A stretch of 45,681 bases of DNA from a virus (lineage: Duplodnaviria > Caudoviricetes): positions 1 to 45,681 of IMG/VR virus record IMGVR_UViG_3300030433_003470; one strand, given 5' to 3'. Both the position numbers and the translations under genes were made by a program. How positions within the stretch are numbered: the stretch's first letter is position 1; each line of letters starts with the position of its first letter. Positions 11,101 through 19,925 of this stretch are shown here, piece by piece. The notes beneath the pieces were generated by a model. That model searched no databases. It was not told the DNA's origin and saw only the letters and a list, made by a program, of their open reading frames with translations.

Positions 11101-13471
11101 CAAGTATTTGTGAAGCGGCACCGGGCATGTTAGCTAGCTCGGCTGCAGCGGGGTTAGCCGTTAAAGCATTTTTAAAACCACCAACCTCAGACTCAAATAT
11201 TTTAGCGGTGCCCGATAACAGCCCAATTAAATGTTTTTTTGCCAAGTGCATTTGACTTGGATCTTGAAATGATGGTAATAAGGGCTTGACGCCTCGGCGT
11301 TCAGCCTCTGGTCCACAAAAAACTTCAGGTTGCTCTGGGTCAGTTAAATTTTTAATCGCATCAAATAAATCATTAAGTAAATCTTGTTCTTGATCTAATA
11401 GGTTATCGATAGCGTCACTAGCTGCTTTTTGTTTTAAATCATTAATATAAGCATCATCACTAGATTTACACAACTCTGACAATATTTTTTTTGCGTTTGT
11501 TAATTCCTCTATCCTTTCAGAACACAACGCTTGATCAAAATTTTCTCCAAATATATCTAAAAAGTTTATTAGCTTTTGTTTAGTATTTATAACTTTTTTT
11601 AATGGCTCATATGTTTCTAAAGATAGAAGACCGTAAAATATCTTTTCAATTATTAGATCGTAATTTACATCACCTGGGATATTAGTGCCCCCAAATAAAA
11701 CACAGACTTCAGATAAAGTCAAAAAACTACCCAAATCTGTGAAAAAAGCTTTTACTAATTCTTTGGTAAGTAAGTTATCTTCATCTTCAACGTCATTTTG
11801 TAACAAATCATCATCTAAAAAATCTAATAAACCGTCATAAACCTCTGGTCCAGGCACATAATCATTGATATCTTGATTATATATTGTAGCAGATGGTAAT
11901 GCATTCGCAAGGTCAGTCTTACTGGAGCCTTCACAAAGGTAAGCTATTTCTTGCAACATTAGAGCAATAGTTTGAACAATAAGCTGATCAACAAACACAA
12001 TAATTTGATCTAATAAGGTTTTTGGTAAGTCTTTGGTGAATGACAAAATAGGGTGACTTTTAACTCCTTCATAGATGGCTAACAAAACATTTTTAACTGG
12101 GTTTTCCAATACAGTCTTGAGTTCTTTTTCATCTGGTGTTAATGGGTCGCCACACGTACCGTCCGGACTTACATTTGATAGAGTTTGTTTCGTATACAGA
12201 GCTAATAAAGCGACTGCTGCAGGCAATGATGCAAAAACCATCGCACAAATAATTTCTCTTGTGCCGACATTGTTGTTAAATTGATTGATTAAAAATGATT
12301 TAAACCCTGCTGGATCTTCCTCCACGCTACCATCAAATTTATTAATTAATTCATTTTTAAAAGATTGTGCGATAAAACTGTCTGTCAAGTTTACATTTGC
12401 ATACACGAGTATTTTCTCAACATCATCATTTGTTAAATTACGCATAATCATATCGCACACAACATTATCCGGCGTGTCGTCAATAAATTTCTTAGCGCAA
12501 TCAATAGCTATTTCAATCATTTGACCTACAGGCATTACATTTAACACAAAGTCAAAAACTTGTTGCGTATTTTTTAGATCTTTTGCTCTTGTTAAAGCGT
12601 TTAAAAAAGCTGCATCTCCAACCTGATTAATTCTTTTTCGAACTTGCCTTGCAATGTCTTGTTTCTGTTTTTTTGAGATTCTTGCTTTGCTAATGTCAGC
12701 CGGGGTCTTTTTACCCTTTTCTATGTTTTTTTCTGCATCTGGATCATCTGCTTTTGTTTTCTTGTCTTTTTTTGGAGTAGGCTTACAAGCAACCTCTCTA
12801 ATTTCTTTCAAAGACAAGGGAGTAACACCATCACTACCGGGTATAGGACCAGTCATTACATTTACTTTTCCCTCTAACTTACCAGGGATAAACAGAAGTG
12901 CCTGAAAAAACATTAATGCTCCTAAATCTTCAGGTCCAGTATCAATATGATATTTGCCGGTGAATATAATATCAGAGTTATCCTCGATGGCATAAAGCAA
13001 TTTTCTACCTTCGCCGTTTAAACCACCACTTGCTGCCTGGTCAAGCTGATTGCTAGCAGGCGTATAAGTTAGTAGCGGTCTTTTAAGAGCAGGTAATTTT
13101 AAAGTTGGACTTCCGATTAGATATTGACCAACTTTTTTAATTTTATCTCCTTCATAATCAACAAAATTTGTAAATATATTGTCAGCTAAAAATGAAACAA
13201 ACACTTGATTGCTGCTGTATGCGAATAGATAAGAGTTAGCATCTATGGGTTTCCCCTCCGTTATACCCCAAAACTGTTTTATTTGAGATACAGGAACTTT
13301 TATATTACAGTGATAGATATCAATTTCCGAAGTTCTTCTCAGTAAAGCTTTTCTTTTTTCTTCCCCTACTTGTGAAAAACCCGGCTTAATGTCATCCAAA
13401 AATTGTTTAGCAAGAGTTGGATCAATTTTTGTAATATAACTTTGTATGTACCATCTTTTAAAAAAACTCAT
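8114..13471 (-). CDS. Very large acidic, mostly helical hypothetical protein, probably virion-associated (~1785 aa)
   Basis: Long open frame between the spike and gp25. Start moved from 13591 to the ATG at 13471 (MSFFKRW) to avoid a 104-nt overlap with the upstream gene. No catalytic motif recognised. Confidence 0.7.
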   Translation of the reverse strand: MSFFKRWYIQSYITKIDPTLAKQFLDDIKPGFSQVGEEKRKALLRRTSEIDIYHCNIKVPVSQIKQFWGITEGKPIDANSYLFAYSSNQVFVSFLADNIFTNFVDYEGDKIKKVGQYLIGSPTLKLPALKRPLLTYTPASNQLDQAASGGLNGEGRKLLYAIEDNSDIIFTGKYHIDTGPEDLGALMFFQALLFIPGKLEGKVNVMTGPIPGSDGVTPLSLKEIREVACKPTPKKDKKTKADDPDAEKNIEKGKKTPADISKARISKKQKQDIARQVRKRINQVGDAAFLNALTRAKDLKNTQQVFDFVLNVMPVGQMIEIAIDCAKKFIDDTPDNVVCDMIMRNLTNDDVEKILVYANVNLTDSFIAQSFKNELINKFDGSVEEDPAGFKSFLINQFNNNVGTREIICAMVFASLPAAVALLALYTKQTLSNVSPDGTCGDPLTPDEKELKTVLENPVKNVLLAIYEGVKSHPILSFTKDLPKTLLDQIIVFVDQLIVQTIALMLQEIAYLCEGSSKTDLANALPSATIYNQDINDYVPGPEVYDGLLDFLDDDLLQNDVEDEDNLLTKELVKAFFTDLGSFLTLSEVCVLFGGTNIPGDVNYDLIIEKIFYGLLSLETYEPLKKVINTKQKLINFLDIFGENFDQALCSERIEELTNAKKILSELCKSSDDAYINDLKQKAASDAIDNLLDQEQDLLNDLFDAIKNLTDPEQPEVFCGPEAERRGVKPLLPSFQDPSQMHLAKKHLIGLLSGTAKIFESEVGGFKNALTANPAAAELANMPGAASQILALGTAMASAMGKTYGISLEDDEGNNTLPSTEGIADYFKNQTNANRLVAPKVSEALRNTFKGNLISNVTQIVKNPDEFLASPDDVVGALYEISTKDKQIRYFANYSSEIHTIDGVPEAFADLGPFTARLLFSIGTAETEAYDRILPEEAITDAEQLTGYTNALALTNIFSEDSEISANTERTSPYKSLIQSLVYSPDFFADILERVIVEHAEFITSLDLFQKSKFSQLSFVKTNPCDKSLLDFSDILKKFEDRTKYIECKIGVGKIPTPSEMAHIATLYESLLRVVVINEAMKSFFVFASFGFDNLVKLSQQFQDKQTFYLQYLSSIIENKMETIIPTEFQAIVEEIVSLAAASDTKNDEISFSDAIDYFVKESFKQAQSVLKSKLEKAGYTNHIFSGEFGFEFVEADVDNDAVNDTTILKNLIPAEKNLALLAPFDILNIDFDKKEIIVPTGVYSGNPRLKNGGFFIERGFEVFHNRKERSHPLSLLDSQKLKLIISMLPYFVPQPIGNFLPFAPYLSKGTNTPLGFTQPFMAGVQDWRNIFNIVGYPLELNEEFADQTKIQPASLFLQDSQLGTATDLEHTYSAIQRQLLGGELVGGGVISTFFSDDYPLQRKENFIDNNATELLTVSQRQGRLRINANLKAQNGLRSYRDVFRVKDVFAEDLRKGIEKSYEQANDGANNVLIDLIGLLGESEDFNIDSLLQKLQNRFRMMETYFYRFGEYRTINLLIRLPFDQSQEATDDEASFYKNAFFTKTTFESLFPMSADNKDGEKNRAAFYQAVLERKYFIREEGGELYFKLPLAYQYIPVASEESFATLPTNSEISLDSVITNFAYNGKIAGTLETLFSSLSYVDLLSFVSILVTKTLSEEYPNLSSIFQNTELALKTGIQQALSAGDRENNPNLYENDFNTGDFNSPSQVKLDLLSLFLEGIIKGVANMTDPTWRTPWFLPGPLTPFGIIAKFLDASEDEDDPKSAADKNKNSLNDPNAFECNDDT

Positions 13472-13487
13472 TATAATCTCTCTTTCG

Positions 13488-14465
13488 TTAAGTTGAGAAC
13501 AGGCTAGGACTCGCTGGGTTTTTAGGTCCAGCGGCATCAGTAGCATTAAAAGAACCAACAGTTGTTTGCAATTTTTGGAATATCCCGTCAATTTTTGAGA
13601 TATATTCGGTGGACATAGTTTTTATTCCTGAACTCATAAGCTCAGGGCTAACTAAGTTCTTACCACTATTAATCGAAAAAGGATTTCCACTTGACACTGA
13701 ACCAACAAGCATTGTCGCTAAATCATAGTGCTGGTGTGTCATCACTTCTGCATTAAATTCAACTTGGCTAGTCATAAACGTATCTATAACACTATTAAGG
13801 GTATCAATTTGCTCATAAATATCTCGTAAAACCTCATTTAAAGTATTAGCCAATGCGACTGGTTGTAGGTTTCCATCACTATTGCCGCCAATAAAATTAA
13901 ATCTCGGAACGCTTACAATTTTTCCTCCAGCTGAATTTTTATCATCCATGCCAGTTACAAATTTTATTCCCTCTCTACCACATATCCTGATAGAATCAGA
14001 GTACACTGATATTGCTGATTTAGCTTTAGTCATTCCAATATTTCCAGGTGCTAAACTCAAATTATCATCAGTATCTGTTTTTTGAGACACAATAATTTCA
14101 GAGGCTGTTGTTTTACTGTTTCTAATCCCAACTAAAGGCTTTGCTTTACCGCCCTGTGGATTTTCTTTAGTTGTGCGAGCGGGATCATTAGAGTTATATC
14201 CAACCCCCAACGTTATGCTAGCTGCACCAGTTTGAGCACTGTAGCCACTACCAATGTCTCTTGGGGTATCTCTAGTTAGAGATATCATTTGACCATTATC
14301 ACCTGTCAGCCTTGTTTCAGATTTGGCTTTTTGCGGCAAAATAAACGGCTCTATTAAAGTATCCCCTCTTATACCCAGATAATCGGATTTTAACCCTGAT
14401 AGATCTAATCTTATTTTTTCTTCTCTTGTTAGAAGAGATATATCGTATGCTTTTTTAATAGTCAT
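13488..14465 (-). CDS. Putative baseplate central spike (gp5 C-terminal / gpV-like beta-helix with HxH tip motif)
   Basis: Short beta repeats (AISVYSDSIRICGREGIKFVTG), QPVALANTL, then THQH; lies after the OB-fold hub gene. Confidence 0.55.
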   Translation of the reverse strand: MTIKKAYDISLLTREEKIRLDLSGLKSDYLGIRGDTLIEPFILPQKAKSETRLTGDNGQMISLTRDTPRDIGSGYSAQTGAASITLGVGYNSNDPARTTKENPQGGKAKPLVGIRNSKTTASEIIVSQKTDTDDNLSLAPGNIGMTKAKSAISVYSDSIRICGREGIKFVTGMDDKNSAGGKIVSVPRFNFIGGNSDGNLQPVALANTLNEVLRDIYEQIDTLNSVIDTFMTSQVEFNAEVMTHQHYDLATMLVGSVSSGNPFSINSGKNLVSPELMSSGIKTMSTEYISKIDGIFQKLQTTVGSFNATDAAGPKNPASPSLFST

Positions 14466-14479
14466 GTCTTATCCCAACC

Positions 14480-17203
14480 TTAATAAGTGCTACCTTGTTT
14501 TCCAGTGTCTCCTGCTTGACCTGGATCGATAATACCATTGCCTCCATCTTTTTGACCGGAAACTGCCTTGCGTGTATCTTTTCCTGGTCGTGCGTCTTTT
14601 GGAAAATTTCTAAAGTATCCTGGCGCCAGACCTGGTGTACGCAATCTAATATGAAAATGATCGCGGTGTACCTGATCTTCGCCATAAACCTTACACCAAG
14701 TTTTTGGTCTTACAGACCCATCTTTACGAGTGCCATCTCCCCGTGTGCGACCTCTCCAATCCGCTTGAAGATAAGCAGGATGTGTTAAACTCCATCCATT
14801 TTTATTCTCTCTAGAAAACTTGTACATAAGCTCTATGAATATCTTTTTACCTATTTCCCCCAATAGGATTCTTTCGCACCGCGGAATGGCATATCTAAAA
14901 AAGTCCATTAGAGCGCGTTCGTCATAGTGCTCTCTCTTTCTCAACTTCCAAAAGGCTGCAGCCAATGGTGGTGGTGTCCAATCGCTTTTAGCCGCTTTTG
15001 GTTTTGGTCTTCTCCTTAGACACATACCGTAAAACACTTTTCCTGACGGATCGACATACTTTGTCGGCAAAGCAATATCAACACCGATACCAGTTTCGTG
15101 TGTTTTGTGTTTTCCAGTGTCGCCACCTCTTATTAGTGATACGTCACCATACCACCATCCTGGTTTTGTGTCATCAGGCAGCGCAAAATTGCCTTTGCTT
15201 TGCCCTATAGGGTTTAAATACCCTTTTCCTAAATCTTCGCCTCCTTTGACGTTGTTTAATCCTTTAAGAAAATTTGCCATAGCCTTTGCGCCCCAGCCAT
15301 GACGTTTTGTACTGGATATCTGCCAAACCCTGGGACCATAACTACTCATTTTTACCCATTGAAGGTCATCTGGGTATGGTCCACCGGGAGAGGCAAAACC
15401 ATTGAATTTACATGTCTGTCCATCTGTTTGTGTATCTGTTGGAGTTGCGTTTTGTTTTGTGTCGGGAGTAACACTATTTTCTTTCTTTTGAGTCGGCTTT
15501 TTTGGCTTGTCAGAGACTGCTTCTATCGCTTTTAATTTTGATATTTCAGCATCCATTTGTGCATCTTCAGCCGCCCCTGCGGAAGCTTCTGCTACTTCTG
15601 CTGCAAATCCTGTGTCGCCTGCTGCTTCGGCTGCTTTCGCTTCTTTCGCTAGGTTTTCTTGCTGGGTTTGTTCAGCTTGTTTATTAGGATCTGTTTTTGA
15701 TTTATTGCTAGGAGCGGAAACGTTTTGAACTCCTGGTATTAGGTATTCAGGACCAATTTGATATGCGCACGTCATATGATCCATGTTTGTTACAATAAGT
15801 CTAGTACCGCTGTTGTATACATTGTTCCATCGCTCACCAGAACCTTTTGTGGCTTGCTTGTTAGGCGAGTTGCTGCCGTGGGGTTTACCGACTAAAAAAG
15901 TAATTCTTGATTGATCAATCTTTGGGATGCTACCATCAGCCAATCCCTTAAAAAGATCCCTCAAGCTGTAAAAACCATAATCAGAATCTAAAAATCTTGC
16001 TGCCGAGATAGCGTTATTAAATTGATTTTTTTCTGCCAGCTGTCTTAAAAAATATCCATGAGGGGCGCCACCGCCACTATGCGAAAAAGTTATTAAACTA
16101 TCATAGTTTGCGCTTCCAATAAAACCCTCACCAACTTGAGCTTGAAGCACTTCAGTTATAAATTCTTGAGTTACTGTTATTTTTCCACCTGCAGTTGAAG
16201 ATCCAGGATTTTTAGCTGCCTTTAGTCCTTTTTGTTTGTACATCAGCGGCGTGATTAAAACAACATTTCGACCATCAGGTATAAACGATGGTCCTTTTGT
16301 TATTAAGTCTTCTAATCTACCAGACCCACCATTACCGTGGAAATATAAAAATACATTTGCTGGTTTTGATTTATTGAAATTCTTTGGTATCGCTACGCGA
16401 TAAGGTGCCGACGTGTTTGACGGTTCTGTCCCAGTGGTGGTACCTCCTGTACTGGCTGTTCGATACGATTTAGGTGGATATGGAATATTCATTTGGTCCA
16501 GCGATGTAATAAACTTATTTGTTTTTTTATTCCCAGTGATTATAGATGGCGGCGCAGGTTTCGTTCTCAAAACCCTAGTTTTAACATTTGGCTTGTTGCT
16601 GCAAGTGTCATGATAACTGCCACCACCGCCACCAGGCTGACCTCCCGATCCACCTGCAAAATTAACTTTACCTGTTTTTAAAGGACCAATAAATATAGGA
16701 TCACTAAAAGTATCCATATCTTTAAAGGTTACTTGTACTGGATCACCATAGTTTGGCACAGTAAACTGACCATAAAAATTATATAGCTTAAACACTCCTA
16801 GTATTGATACTATTTCTCTAACTTTACGATTAAAAGCAGCATCTGTTCCTAGCTCTGGTGGGGTTGTTAAGAAAGTTATCTCTGGTATATTAACCACAGC
16901 GTAAAACGGTGTAAAATCTGGGCTGTTGACATCAAGAGCTTGTGAAATTTTTGCAGACGCTAAAAATGGATCAAACAAAAAATCTGTTTGTCCTGCAGCG
17001 TTGCCATCAGGAAAAGCCTGAAGAATAAAATCACCAGTTAAAATATTTGCATCAACGAATGCATTTCTATTGTTGACCCCTTTTATCTTTTCTCTAACTA
17101 AGCCGGTAGCTGATGAGTTTTTTGGGTCATATATTTTAGTATCTGATCTAATCTGAAAACTATTTTTCAGAAAGTTCATGTTGGGTTTAAATCCTCCAGA
17201 CAC
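14480..17203 (-). CDS. Putative gp5-like hub protein: OB fold, alpha/beta-hydrolase and MepA/LAS-type murein endopeptidase domains
   Basis: PNYGDPVQVTF...PIFIG (gp5/VgrG OB-fold pattern); LYFHGNGG, SHSGGG, FLDS and DH (hydrolase elements); GDVS..GG..GKHKTHETGIGVD and HRDHFHIR (MepA-like Zn ligands). GTG start. Confidence 0.65.
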   Translation of the reverse strand: MSGGFKPNMNFLKNSFQIRSDTKIYDPKNSSATGLVREKIKGVNNRNAFVDANILTGDFILQAFPDGNAAGQTDFLFDPFLASAKISQALDVNSPDFTPFYAVVNIPEITFLTTPPELGTDAAFNRKVREIVSILGVFKLYNFYGQFTVPNYGDPVQVTFKDMDTFSDPIFIGPLKTGKVNFAGGSGGQPGGGGGSYHDTCSNKPNVKTRVLRTKPAPPSIITGNKKTNKFITSLDQMNIPYPPKSYRTASTGGTTTGTEPSNTSAPYRVAIPKNFNKSKPANVFLYFHGNGGSGRLEDLITKGPSFIPDGRNVVLITPLMYKQKGLKAAKNPGSSTAGGKITVTQEFITEVLQAQVGEGFIGSANYDSLITFSHSGGGAPHGYFLRQLAEKNQFNNAISAARFLDSDYGFYSLRDLFKGLADGSIPKIDQSRITFLVGKPHGSNSPNKQATKGSGERWNNVYNSGTRLIVTNMDHMTCAYQIGPEYLIPGVQNVSAPSNKSKTDPNKQAEQTQQENLAKEAKAAEAAGDTGFAAEVAEASAGAAEDAQMDAEISKLKAIEAVSDKPKKPTQKKENSVTPDTKQNATPTDTQTDGQTCKFNGFASPGGPYPDDLQWVKMSSYGPRVWQISSTKRHGWGAKAMANFLKGLNNVKGGEDLGKGYLNPIGQSKGNFALPDDTKPGWWYGDVSLIRGGDTGKHKTHETGIGVDIALPTKYVDPSGKVFYGMCLRRRPKPKAAKSDWTPPPLAAAFWKLRKREHYDERALMDFFRYAIPRCERILLGEIGKKIFIELMYKFSRENKNGWSLTHPAYLQADWRGRTRGDGTRKDGSVRPKTWCKVYGEDQVHRDHFHIRLRTPGLAPGYFRNFPKDARPGKDTRKAVSGQKDGGNGIIDPGQAGDTGKQGSTY

Positions 17204-17206
17204 TTT

Positions 17207-17503
17207 TTATTTTTCTCCTTGGATTACATCAAAAAGAGACTTTTTATCTTCTTCCGTTAACTCTACGGTAGAATCAGTTTTCTTAGCCATAATAGATGTA
17301 AGTTTTACCAATTGTTCATTGGATCTTTGCAAAGTTTCTACATATTTTGCTGCGATCAAACCTAAATCCTTGTGAGTTTCTTGACCGTTGGTTATCTCCG
17401 CAAAAACTTGTGTTAATAGTGTTGAGGTTATATCACGATCATCACGAATATTGTCAATCGCTTCTTGAATATAATTTTCTAAATTTTTTATTGATCGTCC
17501 CAT
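17207..17503 (-). CDS. Hypothetical helical/coiled-coil protein (98 aa)
   Basis: Fills the gap between the sigma and hub genes on the coding strand; amphipathic helices. Confidence 0.7.
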   Translation of the reverse strand: MGRSIKNLENYIQEAIDNIRDDRDITSTLLTQVFAEITNGQETHKDLGLIAAKYVETLQRSNEQLVKLTSIMAKKTDSTVELTEEDKKSLFDVIQGEK

Positions 17504-18186
17504 TCTTTTTTAAAATCTCTATATCTTCTTCTTATCTTGTTAAGAGAACTAACTACTTGCTTTGTATTCAATCCAGTAATTTCTCTTATGTATAGATAAA
17601 TAGCCTTTTTATTAAAAATTTCTATATTGTTGGCTTCATTAAAAAGTATCTCAATGGCTTGTATTGTTTTTATCTCATTTTCTCTGAGTGGCATTTTTTT
17701 CCAATCTTTTATCTCTTTATACAAATGTGAAAAGAATTCATTCTTAGAGCGATCTTCGATATACGTATTGTAGATTATCAGTTGTTTTAAGGTGGGGTTA
17801 TTGAATTTATCTTCCTGATTTATGAAATAATTATCTATTTGCGTTTCTCTTTTCGCTTTTTTAGATGTTTTTTTTACTTCGGCAATAAACCAGTTTTTAG
17901 AGACAACGCTAAAGTATGTAAACGCTTTAGAGCCTTTCTCTTTATCAAAGTTGTTCAGAACTGTAATAAGCCAGTTTTTACAATCTTCTTTAAGATAGTC
18001 TATATTTGGAAGAGATGTAAATTTATAGGTGTAAACAATTTTATCAACCATCTCATCGAAAACTGGTCCTATGAATTCGTTGTAAAGTTCATTTCTTTTA
18101 TTAAAGTCTTCTGTTGAGCAATAAGCTACTATTGCATCTTGATGTTCTTTTCTGAAATAATGATTTTTAGTCTTCTTCCTCGGCAT
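17488..18186 (-). CDS. Phage RNA polymerase sigma factor, T4 gp55-like (late sigma candidate)
   Basis: N-terminal NHYF; NNFDKEKGSKAFTYFSVVSKNWF resembles sigma region 2.3-2.4 and gp55; C-terminal helical/HTH-like YIREITGLNTKQVVSSLNKIR. Confidence 0.72.
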   Translation of the reverse strand: MPRKKTKNHYFRKEHQDAIVAYCSTEDFNKRNELYNEFIGPVFDEMVDKIVYTYKFTSLPNIDYLKEDCKNWLITVLNNFDKEKGSKAFTYFSVVSKNWFIAEVKKTSKKAKRETQIDNYFINQEDKFNNPTLKQLIIYNTYIEDRSKNEFFSHLYKEIKDWKKMPLRENEIKTIQAIEILFNEANNIEIFNKKAIYLYIREITGLNTKQVVSSLNKIRRRYRDFKKEWDDQ

Positions 18187-18454
18187 ATTCTTCCTCTTGT
18201 TTTATGATGCTTTGAAATTTTTGGCACTCTTCAACAAGAGACTTTGAGTGACGAAGCAAATTTCCCAAAGTTTCATCACCATAAAAGCGCTCAAGACTGC
18301 TAACAATATTGACATGCTCGCTATATTCTTCTAGTCTTACGCTGAAGTCATCTAAGTCGTCCTGAAAAGATAAAAATCGACGTATAAGTTGCACAATGTA
18401 CCAAACCAAAAGAACATTAAAAACAGACGACAGAGCCAAAAAAAATTCAATCAT
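18167..18454 (-). CDS. Small membrane-anchored coiled-coil protein
   Basis: Hydrophobic N-terminus FFLALSSVFNVLLVWYIV followed by a charged helix. Confidence 0.65.
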   Translation of the reverse strand: MIEFFLALSSVFNVLLVWYIVQLIRRFLSFQDDLDDFSVRLEEYSEHVNIVSSLERFYGDETLGNLLRHSKSLVEECQKFQSIIKQEEEYAEEED

Positions 18455-18699
18455 CTGTTTTTATCTAGTCCTTTTTTTTGATTTTTCAAATCTTCTTTTG
18501 AGTTTTCTATAAATTCTCTCGTTAAATCGCCAACTTTTTTTTGTTTTTCCTGTTTTTTGGAATTAAATGTGAAGTCGCTTGGCTTACGTGCAATGTTTTT
18601 AGAATCACACCAAGGACAGTCTTCTATCGATTCACTCATTAAGTGATTCTCTTTCCACTCTCCTAAGCAATCCCCGCACTGGTAAACATATATTGGCAA
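18451..18699 (-). CDS. FmdB-family zinc-ribbon protein
   Basis: MPIYVYQCGDC...CPWC signature; GGAG ribosome-binding site. Confidence 0.85.
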   Translation of the reverse strand: MPIYVYQCGDCLGEWKENHLMSESIEDCPWCDSKNIARKPSDFTFNSKKQEKQKKVGDLTREFIENSKEDLKNQKKGLDKNR

Positions 18700-18711
18700 C
18701 TTATTTCTCCT

Positions 18712-18939
18712 TTAAAGCGTATCAGGCTGATCGGCAATAACATCCCAGTCTCGGGTTGTTTCTTCATTGAACTTAACCACTGGGGGGTTAAGAACAACAA
18801 GACCTTCTGGTGATTTTGACATCTTAAAGCCGGCTAAAACCGGAACAATGTCGGATTGCTCTAATAAAGACTTTTGCAGCGCCATCATGAGCGCACCGAT
18901 AGCTTGTTTTGATAAATTTGTGTGTTCTACTTCTGTCAT
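18712..18939 (-). CDS. Hypothetical protein (~75 aa)
   Basis: AAGGAG upstream of the ATG at 18939 (the track start at 18960 overlaps gmd). Confidence 0.7.
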   Translation of the reverse strand: MTEVEHTNLSKQAIGALMMALQKSLLEQSDIVPVLAGFKMSKSPEGLVVLNPPVVKFNEETTRDWDVIADQPDTL

Positions 18940-18950
18940 ATTTTTCTCCT

Positions 18951-19925
18951 TTATCGACACATCAGATTCCAGTCGGAATCGTACATCATTTTAGCTAGTT
19001 CTTTAAACTTAACTTTTGGTTCCCATTTTAAAACACTTTTAGCCTTTGTACTGTCGCCTAACAAATAAGGCACTTCTTGAGGTCTAAATAGCCTTGAGTC
19101 AACTTCTACGTATTTATCGACATCTAAGCCTGCATAGTTGAAAACACAATCTAAAAATTCTTTAACTGAATATGTTTCACCAGTTGAGATAACATAATCA
19201 TCTGGAATGTCTTGTTGTAGCATTAACCACATTGCTTTTACATAATCCCCAGCAAAACCCCAATCTCTTTTTGCGTCAAGATTGCCTAGATATAATTTAT
19301 CTTGCAGACCCATTTTTATTTTTACTGCTGCCATAGTTATTTTTCTAGTTACAAAAGTTTCTCCGCGTCGAGGTGACTCGTGATTAAAAAGTATACCGCT
19401 TGAAGCGTGAATTCCATAACTCTCTCTATAGTTTCTAACTAAATTATGAGAAAAAACTTTTGCGCATGCGTACGGTGATGCTGGCATAAAACGCGATTCT
19501 TCATTAAAAGGATAATTTGTATTATCACCAAACATTTCTGACGAAGAAGCTTGATAGAATTTTATTTGATTACCAGTTGGATCTATTGTTCTTACAGCCT
19601 CTAACATTCTAAGAGTGCCCATTGCAACGGATTGCACAGTTTCTTCTGGTGTATCAAAAGATACTCTGACGTGTGATTGCGCCGCTAAATTATAAATTTC
19701 ATCTGGTCTGTACTTCAGTAATAATCGCCAAAAGCAACCTGGGTCATTTAAATTAAAATATTCCATTTTAAAATTGATATTGTTATATATTTGATCAATT
19801 CTGTCAGTGCATATGATTGATGATCTTCTTTTTAAACCTATAACAAAATATCCTTTTTTAAGTAAAAAATCAGCTAGGTAAGAACCATCTTGACCAGTAA
19901 TTCCAGTTATTAAAGCTGTTTTCAT
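18951..19925 (-). CDS. gmd: GDP-mannose 4,6-dehydratase
   Basis: [54 protein letters not shown] and RDWG. Confidence 0.97.
   Translation of the reverse strand: MKTALITGITGQDGSYLADFLLKKGYFVIGLKRRSSIICTDRIDQIYNNINFKMEYFNLNDPGCFWRLLLKYRPDEIYNLAAQSHVRVSFDTPEETVQSVAMGTLRMLEAVRTIDPTGNQIKFYQASSSEMFGDNTNYPFNEESRFMPASPYACAKVFSHNLVRNYRESYGIHASSGILFNHESPRRGETFVTRKITMAAVKIKMGLQDKLYLGNLDAKRDWGFAGDYVKAMWLMLQQDIPDDYVISTGETYSVKEFLDCVFNYAGLDVDKYVEVDSRLFRPQEVPYLLGDSTKAKSVLKWEPKVKFKELAKMMYDSDWNLMCR

Noticed and set aside
15540-15700. Apparent short DNA repeats (gcttct/gctgct)
   Set aside because: Explained by Ala/Glu-rich linker codons in the 907-aa protein; not a repeat array.
4347-17203. T6SS / eCIS / tailocin locus
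   Set aside because: No T6SS membrane-complex or eCIS ATPase genes; the gp55-like sigma, PhoH, PurA and many small orphan genes point to a large phage.
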